Below, piece after piece: positions 21,730-32,000 of a stretch of DNA of 32,000 nucleotides. Source of the DNA: Mycoplasmoides pneumoniae FH (GTDB taxonomy: Bacteria; Bacillota_I; Bacilli_A; Mycoplasmatales; Mycoplasmoidaceae); contig NZ_CP010546.1 in the NCBI RefSeq assembly GCF_001272835.1, positions 150,803 through 182,802 on the forward strand, in the 5' to 3' direction. Both the position numbers and the translations under genes were made by a program. Each line of letters begins with the position of its first letter. Within the stretch, counting starts at the first letter, position 1. Below the pieces are notes generated by a model. That model saw only the letters and a list, made by a program, of their open reading frames with translations, was not told where the DNA came from and ran no database searches.

Positions 21730-23490
21730 ATGGAAAAGATACAAGCGGAAAAATCCCAAAGTGCAATTGAGTTTAAGAATATTGTAGTCGACTTTGGTGA
21801 GTCAATCGCAATTGATAACATTAACCTCACGGTTAAAAAGAAGGAGTTAGTTACCTTACTAGGTCCTTCTGGGTGTGGGAAAACAACTTCGCTTTCCGTG
21901 ATTGCGGGTCTTATCGCCCCTACTAGTGGTCAGGTTTTATTTAATGGTTATGATGTCACAAAAAAGCCACCACAACAACGCAAACTGGGATTAGTGTTCC
22001 AAAACTATGCCTTGTATCCGCACATGAGTGTGTTTGAAAACATTGTCTTCCCACTCTACAGTGATACGTCTTGACGCGAAGCCATCTTTGAAAAAAATAC
22101 CTGAGCGCAACACGACATTAATTGCTTGATCTTAAAGGCTAATGGTGCTACTAGTGAGGAGCTGGCAGAGCTCAATCGTTTAATGCAACAACGAATCGAT
22201 GAGCCCAAACGAATGGCTTACCAGATTAATGATTTGATGGTAAGTGTGTTTCAAAAACAGAGTGAACTGGAAGCTAACCTAAAGTTAATTCCCCGCAAAA
22301 AACAGTTTGCCATTATTTCACTCAGCAAGGAAACACTAAGTCAAATAAGGGATGTTGAAACTAAAGCCAAGGCTGCATTGGAAACCGCTGATAGTGCTGA
22401 AGTGGAGCAGACCATTAAGAGTGAACTTAAGCAAAAACTAAGTGAAATTAAGGCTAATTACCACGATGAAAAGGCCAACATTAAAGCTTACTGATGGGAA
22501 ATGTTGGCCAATATTAAGACCGAATTAAAAACCGAAAAAACTGCCATTAAGCAAACTAATGACTATGCCAAATTGAAGGAATTGAAGTGAAAGATCCACT
22601 TTGAACCCTTGAATTTAAAGAAGCAGTACCGCAGTTACTTTAAACAACTAAAAGCCAAATACAGCTTAAAAGATGGCAATTTAACTGAAAGCGAATTAAG
22701 TCAAATTGAGGAGTTGCAAAAACGGATTGTTTCGCTCAAAGATTTCATTAACCGCACTGCTAAAGAAGTAGCTGAAAAACTGGAAATTACTAAGATTCTC
22801 CACAAGCGCCCCGCTAATATTTCTGGGGGTCAACAACAACGGGTAGCTATTGCTAGAGCAATTGTTAGAAGACCTAAGGTTCTACTTATGGACGAACCGT
22901 TGTCCAACTTAGATGCGAAGTTGCGGGTACAAACACGGCAATGGATCCGTAAGTTCCAGCAAGACCTGCAAATTACTACTGTCTTTGTGACTCACGATCA
23001 GGAAGAGGCAATGAGTATTAGCGACACGATTGTCTGCATGTCAACTGGTAAGGTACAGCAAATAGGCTCCCCTTCCGAGTTGTACTTAAAACCGGCCAAT
23101 GAGTTCGTTGCTACCTTTTTGGGTAGCCCGGAAATGAATATCGTCAACGCTACGGTTAAAGCTGGACAGCTGTTGTGAAACGAAAGTCCCCTAGTTAAAA
23201 CAAAGTTTGATTTACCTGATGGTGCCATTCGGGTTGGTTTCCGTTATGATGAGGTAACGGCTCCCAAAAACGATGGTAGTCCCGTATTTAGCGGTACCCT
23301 TATAAGTGTGGAAAACCTAGGGAAACACATGGTTGGGGTTGTGGAGAGCAATGGGGTACAGCTCAATGTGCGCTTAGAATTGAGCCACCAGTTTGAAGTA
23401 GGTAATGCAGTTAAGTTTACGATTAAGCCTAATGGCTTACACTTCTTTGATCCCCAAACAACGCAACGGGTGGAGGTAAAACATGTTTAA
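21730..23490 (+). CDS. ugpC: ABC transporter ATP-binding protein (UgpC/MalK type, 586 aa) with large internal insertion
   Basis: Walker A GPSGCGKTTSL, Q-loop VFQNYALYPHMSVFENIVFPL, signature NISGGQQQRVAIARAI, Walker B VLLMDEPLSNLDAKLR, VFVTHDQEEAMS; C-terminal OB/TOBE-like region. Confidence 0.93.
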
Positions 23491-24472
23491 GTGATTGTTA
23501 AAGCACCGCTCTAAACCAACGCCATTGGAGCTGGGAATCTTTGACCAAAAGGTTTCCTTTTGAAAACCATTTTTGCTGTTTTGCCCAGCTTTATTAACTA
23601 CCTTTCTCTTTACTTTAGTACCGTTCTTCCTTACGTTACAGAAAGGGTTTAGTCACAATGAGGACATCTACCGGGTTGATTCCCAACAGTTTGGCTTTCA
23701 AACTTTCGCTAACCTTTTTAGTGAGTCCAACTTTATTTTGGGCTTGCGCAATTCCTTTTTGTACTCGATTATTTCCCTACCACTGACAATTGTGCTAGCA
23801 ATTATTATTTCTAGTGCCATTGTCTTTGTGTACCGGAAGTTAGCACGGGGCTTTTGACAAACAGTATTCTTTTTACCCTATGTAACTTCCGGAGTAGCGG
23901 TTTCGATTGCTTTTATTTATATTTTGGACTCCTCTTCGGGAATCTTAAACAACATCTTTCATGTCAACATTAAGTGGTTAGATTCGGGGGAACGTGATAC
24001 CTTTAATGCCTTATGGGGAATTCTTATCTTTGGAATTTGGAAGAACATGGCTTTTAATGTGCTGGTAATATCAACCGCCATGTTAAGTGTGGATCCTACT
24101 TTATATAAGGTAGCTAACTTAGATGGTGCAAAACCAATTAGGCAGTTCTTTAAGATTACCTTACCTTCAATCCGCCCAACCTTAATTTTCCTGTTGACCC
24201 TGTTAATTTTGGGCGGAATGCAGGTGTTTCCAATTTCGTTGTTTAACGGGAATGATAGTGAAGCTGTAACCAATGGGGGTTCGACCATCTTGCTTTACAT
24301 CTTCCAAAAGATTCGTGATCAGAATAACAATTTTGCTGGTGCTGCTACCTTGGTGTTGTTCATCTTGGGGGTTTGTTATGGGTTAGTGTTGCGCAATGGT
24401 TTTCGCTTAATTGAATGAGCGCAGTGAAAGATAAAGAGACATTATGTTCAAACAAAGCTTAATCTGGTATAA
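23483..24472 (+). CDS. ugpA: ABC transporter permease, UgpA type (329 aa)
   Basis: MFKWLLKHRSKPTPLELGIFDQKVSFWKPFLLFCPALLTTFLFTLVPFFLTLQKG...; EAA-like loop NLDGAKPIRQFFKITLPSIRPT; overlaps ATPase stop by 8 nt. Confidence 0.87.
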
Positions 24473-25403
24473 CCGTTACGTCCAAAAACGGAAGAAGGGT
24501 TTAGATCTCACCATTAAAGATCGATCTTGATCGAATGTATTGTTGGGTTTAATCTTTAAAACGGTGGTGTTGTGCTTCTTTGGTTTAATGGTCATCTTTC
24601 CCTTTTATTTGATGCTGGTGGTAGCACTCACCAGTGATGAAGTGGTCTTAAACATTCGTGAACCAATTCTCAAATCCGATGGGTGGCACTTCGAGAACTT
24701 CCGCCGTGTTTTGGAAGATGGTAAATACCTTAATGCCATTTGGATTAACAGCTTAGTAACAATTTTGTCGATTATCCTACGGCTTTTCTTTACCGTTAGC
24801 ATGGGCTATGCCTTTTCGTTAAAAAAGTGAAAGCTCAAGAAGCTGTTTTGGTTTATCTTTTTGGCAGTGTTAATTTTACCCGAATCGGCCTTGCTAATTG
24901 GTCAGTATCGTGTGGTGGTAGTTGCCAATTGAAATCAACCAGAAAAACCAGCGATTATCTTGGGCTTAACAATGCCATTTGTCGCTTCTGTGTTCTCTGG
25001 GTTTATGTTCCGTACTGCCTTTGAAGCAATTCCACCACGAATTAAAGAATCGGCCTTTGTTGATGGTTGTACAGGGTTGAGGTACTTCCTCAAAATTGCC
25101 TTTCCAATGGTACGTAGTACCACTTGAACGGTAAGTATTTTAACGGCCTTTGCGGCGTGAAATTCTTACTTATGACCGTTATTGTTACTAACAAACAGAC
25201 CCGATCTCAACATTAACCTGTGGGTGTTGGCGCAAGGGACTGATGGCAATGCCGGGCAAAGTGACGAACAAATCCGGGTGTTGTTGAATTTAAAGATGGC
25301 AGCAGCCATTTTAGCAATTCTGCCAATGTTTATTGTTTACTTCTTGTTTAGGAAAAGGATTATGAAAGCCGTGGGATCACGTGCCAATACGATTAAAGGA
25401 TAG
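24444..25403 (+). CDS. ugpE: ABC transporter permease, UgpE type (319 aa)
   Basis: MFKQSLIWYNRYVQKRKKGLDLTIKDRSWSNVLLGLIFKTVVLC...; EAA loop AFEAIPPRIKESAFVDGCTGLRYFLKIAFPMVRSTT; overlaps previous ORF. Confidence 0.87.
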
Positions 25404-25405
25404 TT

Positions 25406-25564
25406 ATGGACAGCTTAAAGCATTTTTGACAACAACTAGTAATGTGATCAAAAACTGTTACCTTTTGAATCATAGTAGCAGTAGGGATTGCTTTTTGTGC
25501 CTTTGCCATTTGGGGCATTATTGCTTGCATTGAAACGATTATCAAAGAAGGGGCGTTGTTGTAA
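25406..25564 (+). CDS. Small single-span membrane protein, 52 aa
   Basis: MDSLKHFWQQLVMWSKTVTFWIIVAVGIAFCAFAIWGIIACIETIIKEGALL; 2 nt after permease stop, so probably same operon. Confidence 0.6.
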
Positions 25565-25815
25565 GTTAGCTTTCTTAGCTTTTTTATAAAAACACCAGAT
25601 TGATATTTAGCCTTTTTGAGTTAGCTGTTCTCACTGCTTTTGGCGGTTGCTATACAGAATGAAGGTCGTTTGTAAAGGAACGTAAACTTTGCTAACTTAA
25701 AGATCTCTTTTTGGGTTTTAGGTGTTTTATTTTTGTTACATAAAATGAAGAAAAGGTTAGGAAACTACTTGCAATCAAAAAAAGCGTTTTAGGTAAAAAA
25801 AGTGCTTTGTTTCAT

Positions 25816-25840
25816 AACCACCCTTCGAGGTGGTTTTTTA
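25816..25840 (+). terminator. Intrinsic-terminator-like hairpin
   Basis: AACCACC-CTTCGA-GGTGGTT followed by TTTT. Confidence 0.75.
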
Positions 25841-25916
25841 TTTGTTTTATAGCTTTGTATACGAATTCACTCTATAGATATAGGGTGCTTTTATTTTCTG
25901 GCAAGCTGAAAAGGGT

Positions 25917-25967
25917 AAAAAATACCAAAAGTTAGCAGTTAAGAAACCACTAAGAATTGGTATTTTG
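25917..25967 (-). terminator. Terminator-like inverted repeat downstream of DUF16 gene
   Basis: Stem AAAATACCAA / TTGGTATTTT flanking a 28-nt loop region. Confidence 0.5.
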
Positions 25968-25980
25968 GTTTTACTAAATA

Positions 25981-26556
25981 CTATTTGGGTGGATCGATTT
26001 TGTCTAAGCGAGTTTCCATTGAATCCAAGCGATTTTCCATAGAGTCTAAACGTCCTTCAACAGAATCAAGGCAACCTTCTATTGAATCCAAGCGATTTTC
26101 CATAGAATCAAGACGACTATCCATAGAGTCTAGACGACCTTCAATAGAGTCGAAGCGTTTATTGGTGGATTCTATACTTTCAACCAAAAGGTTTTCCAAA
26201 CGATCCATGCGGGCGTTAAACTCTTGTCTTTGCGCTTTTTGCTCCACTTGAAGTTCTCTAATTTGCTCGCCCTGGATTCTTATTTGTTCACCTTGGGCAG
26301 CCAAAGTGGTTTCAATCTTTATGAGTCGTTGGTCGTTTGAGTCTTTGTACTCGTTAAACTCTTTGCGCGTTACGTATTCCGTGTTCACTGGTATAACCGG
26401 TTTGTTAAGTTTAAATTGTCTATTGAAATTGCCAGAGAATTCCACACTTTTGTTTTCTGGATTAATGATGTATCAGCCCGAAAAAGTGCCCTTTTTGGTC
26501 TTTTTCATCATCTCGTTAAATTCCTTTTCGTTATAAAACGGAATTTTCTCTTTCAT
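25981..26556 (-). CDS. DUF16-family (RepMP1) coiled-coil protein (191 aa)
   Basis: [16 protein letters not shown]...[61 protein letters not shown]...LDKIDPPK. Confidence 0.85.
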
Positions 26557-26672
26557 TAATAAGCGACTCCTTTCTTTTCAGTGAAATTTAAAAAGTAACT
26601 ACTACTTGCAACTCAGTTGCCAACAGGGATCAGACCATTTACTGATCAATTTAAAAAATAAAAGATTTGCAT
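26556..26672 (-). CDS. Small upstream ORF (38 aa) overlapping the DUF16 gene start by 1 nt
   Basis: AGTGGAGGAGCAAAATG; MQIFYFLNWSVNGLIPVGNWVASSSYFLNFTEKKGVAY; TAATG junction. Confidence 0.55.
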
Positions 26673-26745
26673 TTTGCTCCTCCACTAAATAAATTGACCG
26701 GCTTATTGAGAAGTGCCAACAAAATTGCAAAAAATTTCAAATGAA

Positions 26746-26785
26746 TAAAAATACCAATAGCAATTTAGCCATTGGTATTTTTTAG
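26746..26785 (-). terminator. Terminator-like hairpin downstream of second DUF16 gene
   Basis: AAAAATACCAATAG...CCATTGGTATTTTTT. Confidence 0.6.
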
Positions 26786-26792
26786 TCTACAG

Positions 26793-27284
26793 TTATTTAG
26801 GCGGATCGATTTTGTCTAAACGAGTTTCTATTACGTCGAGGCGTTTACCAAAATCAGTCAAAGTGTTTCCGATTGATTCTAGACTTTTAAGCACAAGACT
26901 TTCAAAGCGATCCATGCGGGCGTTCATTGCTTCACCCTGGGTTTTGATTTGTTGACTCTGAACCATAACAACTTCAGTTAGTCGATCAACTTTGTCCTCA
27001 ACAACTTGAATCCTTTGACCCTGACTCTTTAACTCAGTTTCAATCTTTGTAAGTTTTTGGTCGTTTGAGTCTTTGTACTCGTTAAATTCTTTACGCGTTA
27101 CGTATTCTGTGTTCACTGGTATAACTGGTTTGTTAAGTTTAAATTGTCTGTTGAAACTGCCAGAGAATTCCACACTGTTGTTATTTTTATTGATGATGTA
27201 TCAACCCGAAAAAGTGCCCTTTTTGGTCTTTTTCACCATGTCATGGAATTCTTTTTCGTTATAAAACGGAATTTTCTCTTTCAT
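26793..27284 (-). CDS. DUF16-family protein lacking the long heptad array (163 aa)
   Basis: [70 protein letters not shown]...[13 protein letters not shown]. Confidence 0.85.
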
Positions 27285-27370
27285 TAAGCAATAACTCCTT
27301 TCTGATTAAAGCGGTTCAAAAAACTACTACTTACAACTCTTTGTCATTGGACTTTTCAAAATTTGATCAT
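27284..27370 (-). CDS. Shortened upstream ORF (28 aa), divergent member of the same family
   Basis: MIKFWKVQWQRVVSSSFLNRFNQKGVIA; stop/start overlap TAATG with downstream gene. Confidence 0.45.
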
Positions 27371-27534
27371 TGTTTTAATGCTCCTTACTAACTAAATTGA
27401 CCCGCTTCATAAAAACTGCCAACCAAGTTCAAAAAAGTTTTTAAGCTATTTTTGCACCAAAATGGCGTTGTCAGTCAAACTACGACAACAACAGTTGCTG
27501 TTTGATTCTTTAAACTTAAACAGAATTAGCACCA

Positions 27535-28509
27535 ATGAATAGCCAAGTACACCGCAAGGGCTCTATTGCAGAAGCAGTTAGTGCCATCCAAGCTCATGAT
27601 AAGATCGTGATCTTCCACCACATTCGTCCTGATGGCGATTGTTTGGGCGCACAACACGGCTTAGCGCGTTTAATCCAAACTAACTTTCCCCACAAGCAGG
27701 TCTTCTGTGTTGGTGATCCCAAACACAACTTTCCCTGATTGGAGATGGTTTTCACTCCAAAGGAACAGATTACCCCGGAGTTAATGCAACAAGCCTTAGC
27801 CGTTATTGTTGATGCCAACTATAAGGAACGGATTGAGTGCCGGGACTTATTAGACCAAAACCAGTTTAAGGCAGTATTGCGGATTGACCACCACCCCAAT
27901 GAGGACGATCTCAATACGACCCATAACTTCGTTGATGCGTCTTACATTGCCGCGGCTGAACAAGTGGTAGATCTAGCGGTGCAGGCCAAATGGAAGCTTA
28001 GCCCCCCAGCGGCTACGGCGCTGTATTTAGGTATTTATACAGATAGTAATAGGTTTCTATATAGTAATACATCATGAAGAACACTATATCTAGGATCTAT
28101 GCTATATAGAGCTCAAGCTAATATAGCTAAGATCCATGATGAGTTAAACCACACTTCCTTAAAGGACATCCAGTTTAAACAATATGTCTTTAAAAACTTT
28201 CAGACCTTTCAGAATGTTATTTACTTTGTGGCCGATAAGAAGTTCCAAAAGAAATTAAAGGTAACACCCTTAGAATGTGCACGGGTAAATATCCTAGCTA
28301 ACATTGAACAATTCCACATTTGGCTGTTCTTTATAGAAGAGGGTAAGAACCACTATCGGGTCGAATTCCGTAGTAACGGAATTAACGTACGCGAAGTAGC
28401 TTTAAAGTATGGTGGCGGGGGTCATATTCAGGCCAGCGGTGCAGTTCTTAAAAGCAAGCGCGACATAATTCGTGTAGTTCAAGATTGCCAAAAGCAAATT
28501 GCTGTATAA
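27535..28509 (+). CDS. DHH/DHHA1 phosphoesterase (nanoRNase/pAp phosphatase type, 324 aa), first gene of the P1 operon
   Basis: AHDKIVIFHHIRPDGDCLGAQHGL, VLRIDHHPNEDD, ATALYLGIYTDSNRFLYSNTS-W, YGGGGHIQASG; three track ORFs joined by UGA. Confidence 0.92.
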
Positions 28510-28521
28510 TTTTTAACAACT

Positions 28522-31500
28522 ATGCACCAAACCAAAAAAACTGCCTTGTCCAAGTCCACTTGGATTCTCATCCTCACCGCCACCGCCTCCCTCGCGACGG
28601 GACTCACCGTAGTGGGACACTTCACAAGTACCACCACGACGCTCAAGCGCCAGCAATTTAGCTACACCCGCCCTGACGAGGTCGCGCTGCGCCACACCAA
28701 TGCCATCAACCCGCGCTTAACCCCGTGAACGTATCGTAACACGAGCTTTTCCTCCCTCCCCCTCACGGGTGAAAATCCCGGGGCGTGGGCCTTAGTGCGC
28801 GACAACAGCGCTAAGGGCATCACTGCCGGCAGTGGCAGTCAACAAACCACGTATGATCCCACCCGAACCGAAGCGGCTTTGACCGCATCAACCACCTTTG
28901 CGTTACGCCGGTATGACCTCGCCGGGCGCGCCTTATACGACCTCGATTTTTCGAAGTTAAACCCGCAAACGCCCACGCGCGACCAAACCGGGCAGATCAC
29001 CTTTAACCCCTTTGGCGGCTTTGGTTTGAGTGGGGCTGCACCCCAACAGTGAAACGAGGTCAAAAACAAGGTCCCCGTCGAGGTGGCGCAAGACCCCTCC
29101 AATCCTTATCGGTTTGCCGTTTTACTCGTGCCGCGTAGCGTGGTGTACTATGAGCAGTTGCAGCGGGGGTTAGCGCTCCCTAACCAAGGGAGTTCGTCAG
29201 GCTCAGACAGCACTAACCAAACAGGCGCAATGTTTGGCTTGAAGGTGAAGGATGCAACCGTGGATAGTTCGAAGCAATCAACGGAAAGCTTAAAGGGCGA
29301 AGAATCGAGTTCCAGTTCCACCACATCTTCCACCTCCACCACCCAACGTGGGGGTTCGTCAAATGAAAACAAAGTCAAGGCGTTGCAGGTGGCGGTGAAA
29401 AAGAAATCCGGGAGTCAGGGCAACTCCGGTGACCAAGGCACCGAACAGGTGGAACTTGAATCTAATGATTTAGCCAACGCCCCGATTAAACGGGGCTCCA
29501 ATAACAACCAGCAAGTCCAACTCAAGGCGGACGATTTTGGTACTGCCCCTTCCAGTTCGGGATCAGGCACCCAAGATGGCACCCCCACCCCCTGAACGCC
29601 GTGGTTAACGACTGAGCAAATTCACAACGACCCCGCCAAATTCGCCGCCTCGATCCTGATTCTGTACGATGCGCCTTATGCGCGCAACCGTACCGCCATT
29701 GACCGCGTTGATCACTTGGATCCCAAGGCCATGACCGCGAACTATCCGCCCAGTTGAAGAACGCCCAAGTGAAACCACCACGGTTTGTGGGACTGAAAGG
29801 CGCGCGATGTTTTGCTCCAAACCACCGGGTTCTTCAACCCGCGCCGCCACCCCGAGTGGTTTGATGGCGGGCAGACGGTCGCGGATAACGAAAAGACCGG
29901 GTTTGATGTGGATAACTCTGAAAACACCAAGCAGGGCTTTCAAAAGGAAGCTGACTCCGACAAGTCGGCCCCGATCGCCCTCCCGTTTGAAGCGTACTTC
30001 GCCAACATTGGCAACCTCACCTGGTTCGGGCAAGCGCTTTTGGTGTTTGGTGGCAATGGCCATGTTACCAAGTCGGCCCACACCGCGCCTTTGAGTATAG
30101 GTGTCTTTAGGGTGCGCTATAATGCAACTGGTACCAGTGCTACTGTAACTGGTTGACCATATGCCTTACTGTTCTCAGGCATGGTCAACAAACAAACTGA
30201 CGGGTTAAAGAATCTACCCTTTAACAATAACCGCTGGTTTGAATATGTACCACGGATGGCAGTTGCTGGCGCTAAGTTCGTTGGTAGGGAACTCGTTTTA
30301 GCGGGTACCATTACCATGGGTGATACCGCTACCGTACCTCGCTTACTGTACGATGAACTTGAAAGCAACCTGAACTTAGTAGCGCAAGGCCAAGGTCTTT
30401 TACGCGAAGACTTGCAACTCTTCACACCCTACGGATGAGCCAATCGTCCGGATTTACCAATCGGGGCTTGAAGTAGTAGTAGTAGTAGTCACAACGCACC
30501 CTACTACTTCCACAATAACCCCGATTGACAAGACCGTCCAATCCAAAGTGTGGTTGATGCCTTTATTAAGCCCTGAGAGGACAAGAACGGTAAGGATGAT
30601 GCCAAATACATCTACCCTTACCGTTACAGTGGCATGTGAGCTTGACAGGTATACAACTGGTCCAATAAGCTCACTGACCAACCATTAAGTGCTGACTTTG
30701 TCAATGAGAATGCTTACCAACCAAACTCCTTGTTTGCTGCTATTCTCAATCCGGAATTGTTAGCAGCTCTTCCCGACAAGGTTAAATACGGTAAGGAAAA
30801 CGAGTTTGCTGCTAACGAGTACGAGCGCTTTAACCAGAAGTTAACGGTAGCTCCTACCCAAGGAACAAACTGATCCCACTTCTCCCCCACGCTTTCCCGT
30901 TTCTCCACCGGGTTCAACCTTGTGGGGTCGGTGCTCGACCAGGTGTTGGATTATGTGCCCTGGATTGGGAATGGGTACAGGTATGGCAATAACCACCGGG
31001 GCGTGGATGATATAACCGCGCCTCAAACCAGCGCGGGGTCGTCCAGCGGAATTAGTACGAACACAAGTGGTTCGCGTTCCTCTCTCCCGACGTTTTCCAA
31101 CATCGGCGTCGGCCTCAAAGCGAATGTCCAAGCCACCCTCGGGGGCAGTCAGACGATGATTACAGGCGGTTCGCCTCGAAGAACCCTCGACCAAGCCAAC
31201 CTCCAGCTCTGAACGGGGGCGGGGTGAAGGAATGATAAGGCTTCAAGTGGACAAAGTGACGACCACACCAAGTTCACGAGCGCTACGGGGATGGGCCAGC
31301 AGGAACAATCAGGTACCTCCGCGGGGAATCCCGACTCGTTAAAGCAGGATAAGATTAGTAAGAGTGGGGATAGTTTAACCACGCAGGACGGCAATGCGAT
31401 GGATCAACAAGAGGCCACCAACTACACCAACCTCCCCCCCAACCTCACCCCCACCGCTGATTGACCGAACGCGCTGTCATTCACCAACAAGAACAACGCG

Positions 31501-32000
31501 CAGCGCGCCCAGCTGTTCCTGCGCGGCCTGTTGGGCAGCATCCCGGTGTTGGTTAATAAGTCCGGCCAAGATGATAACAGTAAGTTTAAGGCGGAGGACC
31601 AAAAATGGTCCTACACCGACTTACAGTCGGACCAAACCAAACTGAACCTCCCCGCTTACGGTGAGGTGAATGGGTTGTTGAATCCGGCGTTGGTGGAAAC
31701 CTATTTTGGGAACACGCGAGCGAGTGGTTCGGGGTCCAACACGACCAGTTCACCCGGTATCGGTTTTAAAATTCCCGAACAAAGTGGCACAAACACAACG
31801 TCGAAGGCTGTGCTGATCACCCCCGGGTTGGCTTGAACGCCGCAAGACGTTGGTAACCTCGTTGTCAGTGGCACCAGCTTCAGCTTCCAGCTCGGCGGGT
31901 GGTTAGTTACGTTCACGGACTTTATCAAACCCCGCGCTGGTTACCTCGGGCTCCAGTTAACGGGCTTGGATGCAAGTGATGCGACGCAGCGCGCTCTCAA
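28522..32000 (+). CDS. p1: P1 adhesin, 5' ~3.5 kb (continues beyond window); divergent blocks resemble the subtype-2 allele as I remember it
   Basis: [60 protein letters not shown]... uninterrupted with UGA=Trp to window end. Confidence 0.95.
28560..29686 (+). repeat. RepMP4-like segment inside the expressed P1 gene
   Basis: Homology with 15019-16128. Confidence 0.9.
30463..30489 (+). repeat. Trinucleotide AGT repeat (6 units) inside P1 encoding poly-Ser
   Basis: GGGGCTTGA(AGT)6CACAAC, giving [11 protein letters not shown]. Confidence 0.95.
30877..32000 (+). repeat. RepMP2/3-like segment inside the expressed P1 gene
   Basis: Homology with 17291-17916 and 18532-20298; continues beyond window. 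Confidence 0.9.

Noticed and set aside
29605-30425. Minus-strand ORFs of 158 and 102 aa and alternative plus-frame ORF 29807-30094 in P1
   Set aside because: P1 coding frame is continuous here when UGA is Trp; alternative ORFs reflect GC-rich codon usage.
1-32000. Apparent abundance of premature stops and short ORFs suggesting wide pseudogenisation
   Set aside because: Almost all breaks are UGA codons at Trp positions of conserved proteins, consistent with genetic code 4.

Overview
The window reads as a Mycoplasma chromosome segment. UGA must be read as Trp (genetic code 4) to join the fragmented six-frame track. From gene content, order and the P1 adhesin sequence I identify it, from memory, as the Mycoplasma pneumoniae infC-to-P1 region. 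Left half (1-13.3 kb): infC(3' part)-rpmI-rplT, RNase HIII (minus), a DnaJ-like/TopJ cytadherence co-chaperone, grpE, a small ORF, tRNA-Thr(GGU) (minus), parE-parC, hrcA (minus), uvrC and a phosphodiesterase. Middle (13.6-20.6 kb): an accessory block with a DUF16/RepMP1 coiled-coil gene, two small paralogous genes, partial copies of the P1 gene (RepMP4-like at 15.0-16.1 kb; RepMP2/3-like at 17.3-17.9 and 18.5-20.3 kb) and a frameshifted membrane-protein gene. Right half: a surface nuclease lipoprotein, an ABC sugar/glycerol-phosphate type transporter (ATPase with a large insertion plus two permeases), two DUF16 genes (minus), a DHH phosphoesterase and the 5' ~3.5 kb of P1. The observation I consider most novel is a recurring cassette. 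A conserved 38-codon (28 in one copy) UGA-containing upstream ORF, with a strong Shine-Dalgarno in three copies, abuts or overlaps the start codon of otherwise different downstream genes. It occurs at four loci on both strands and appears fused in frame at a fifth. It has two conserved small hairpins, one with a compensatory change, and several of the downstream genes end in related TACCAA/TTGGTA terminator-like hairpins.
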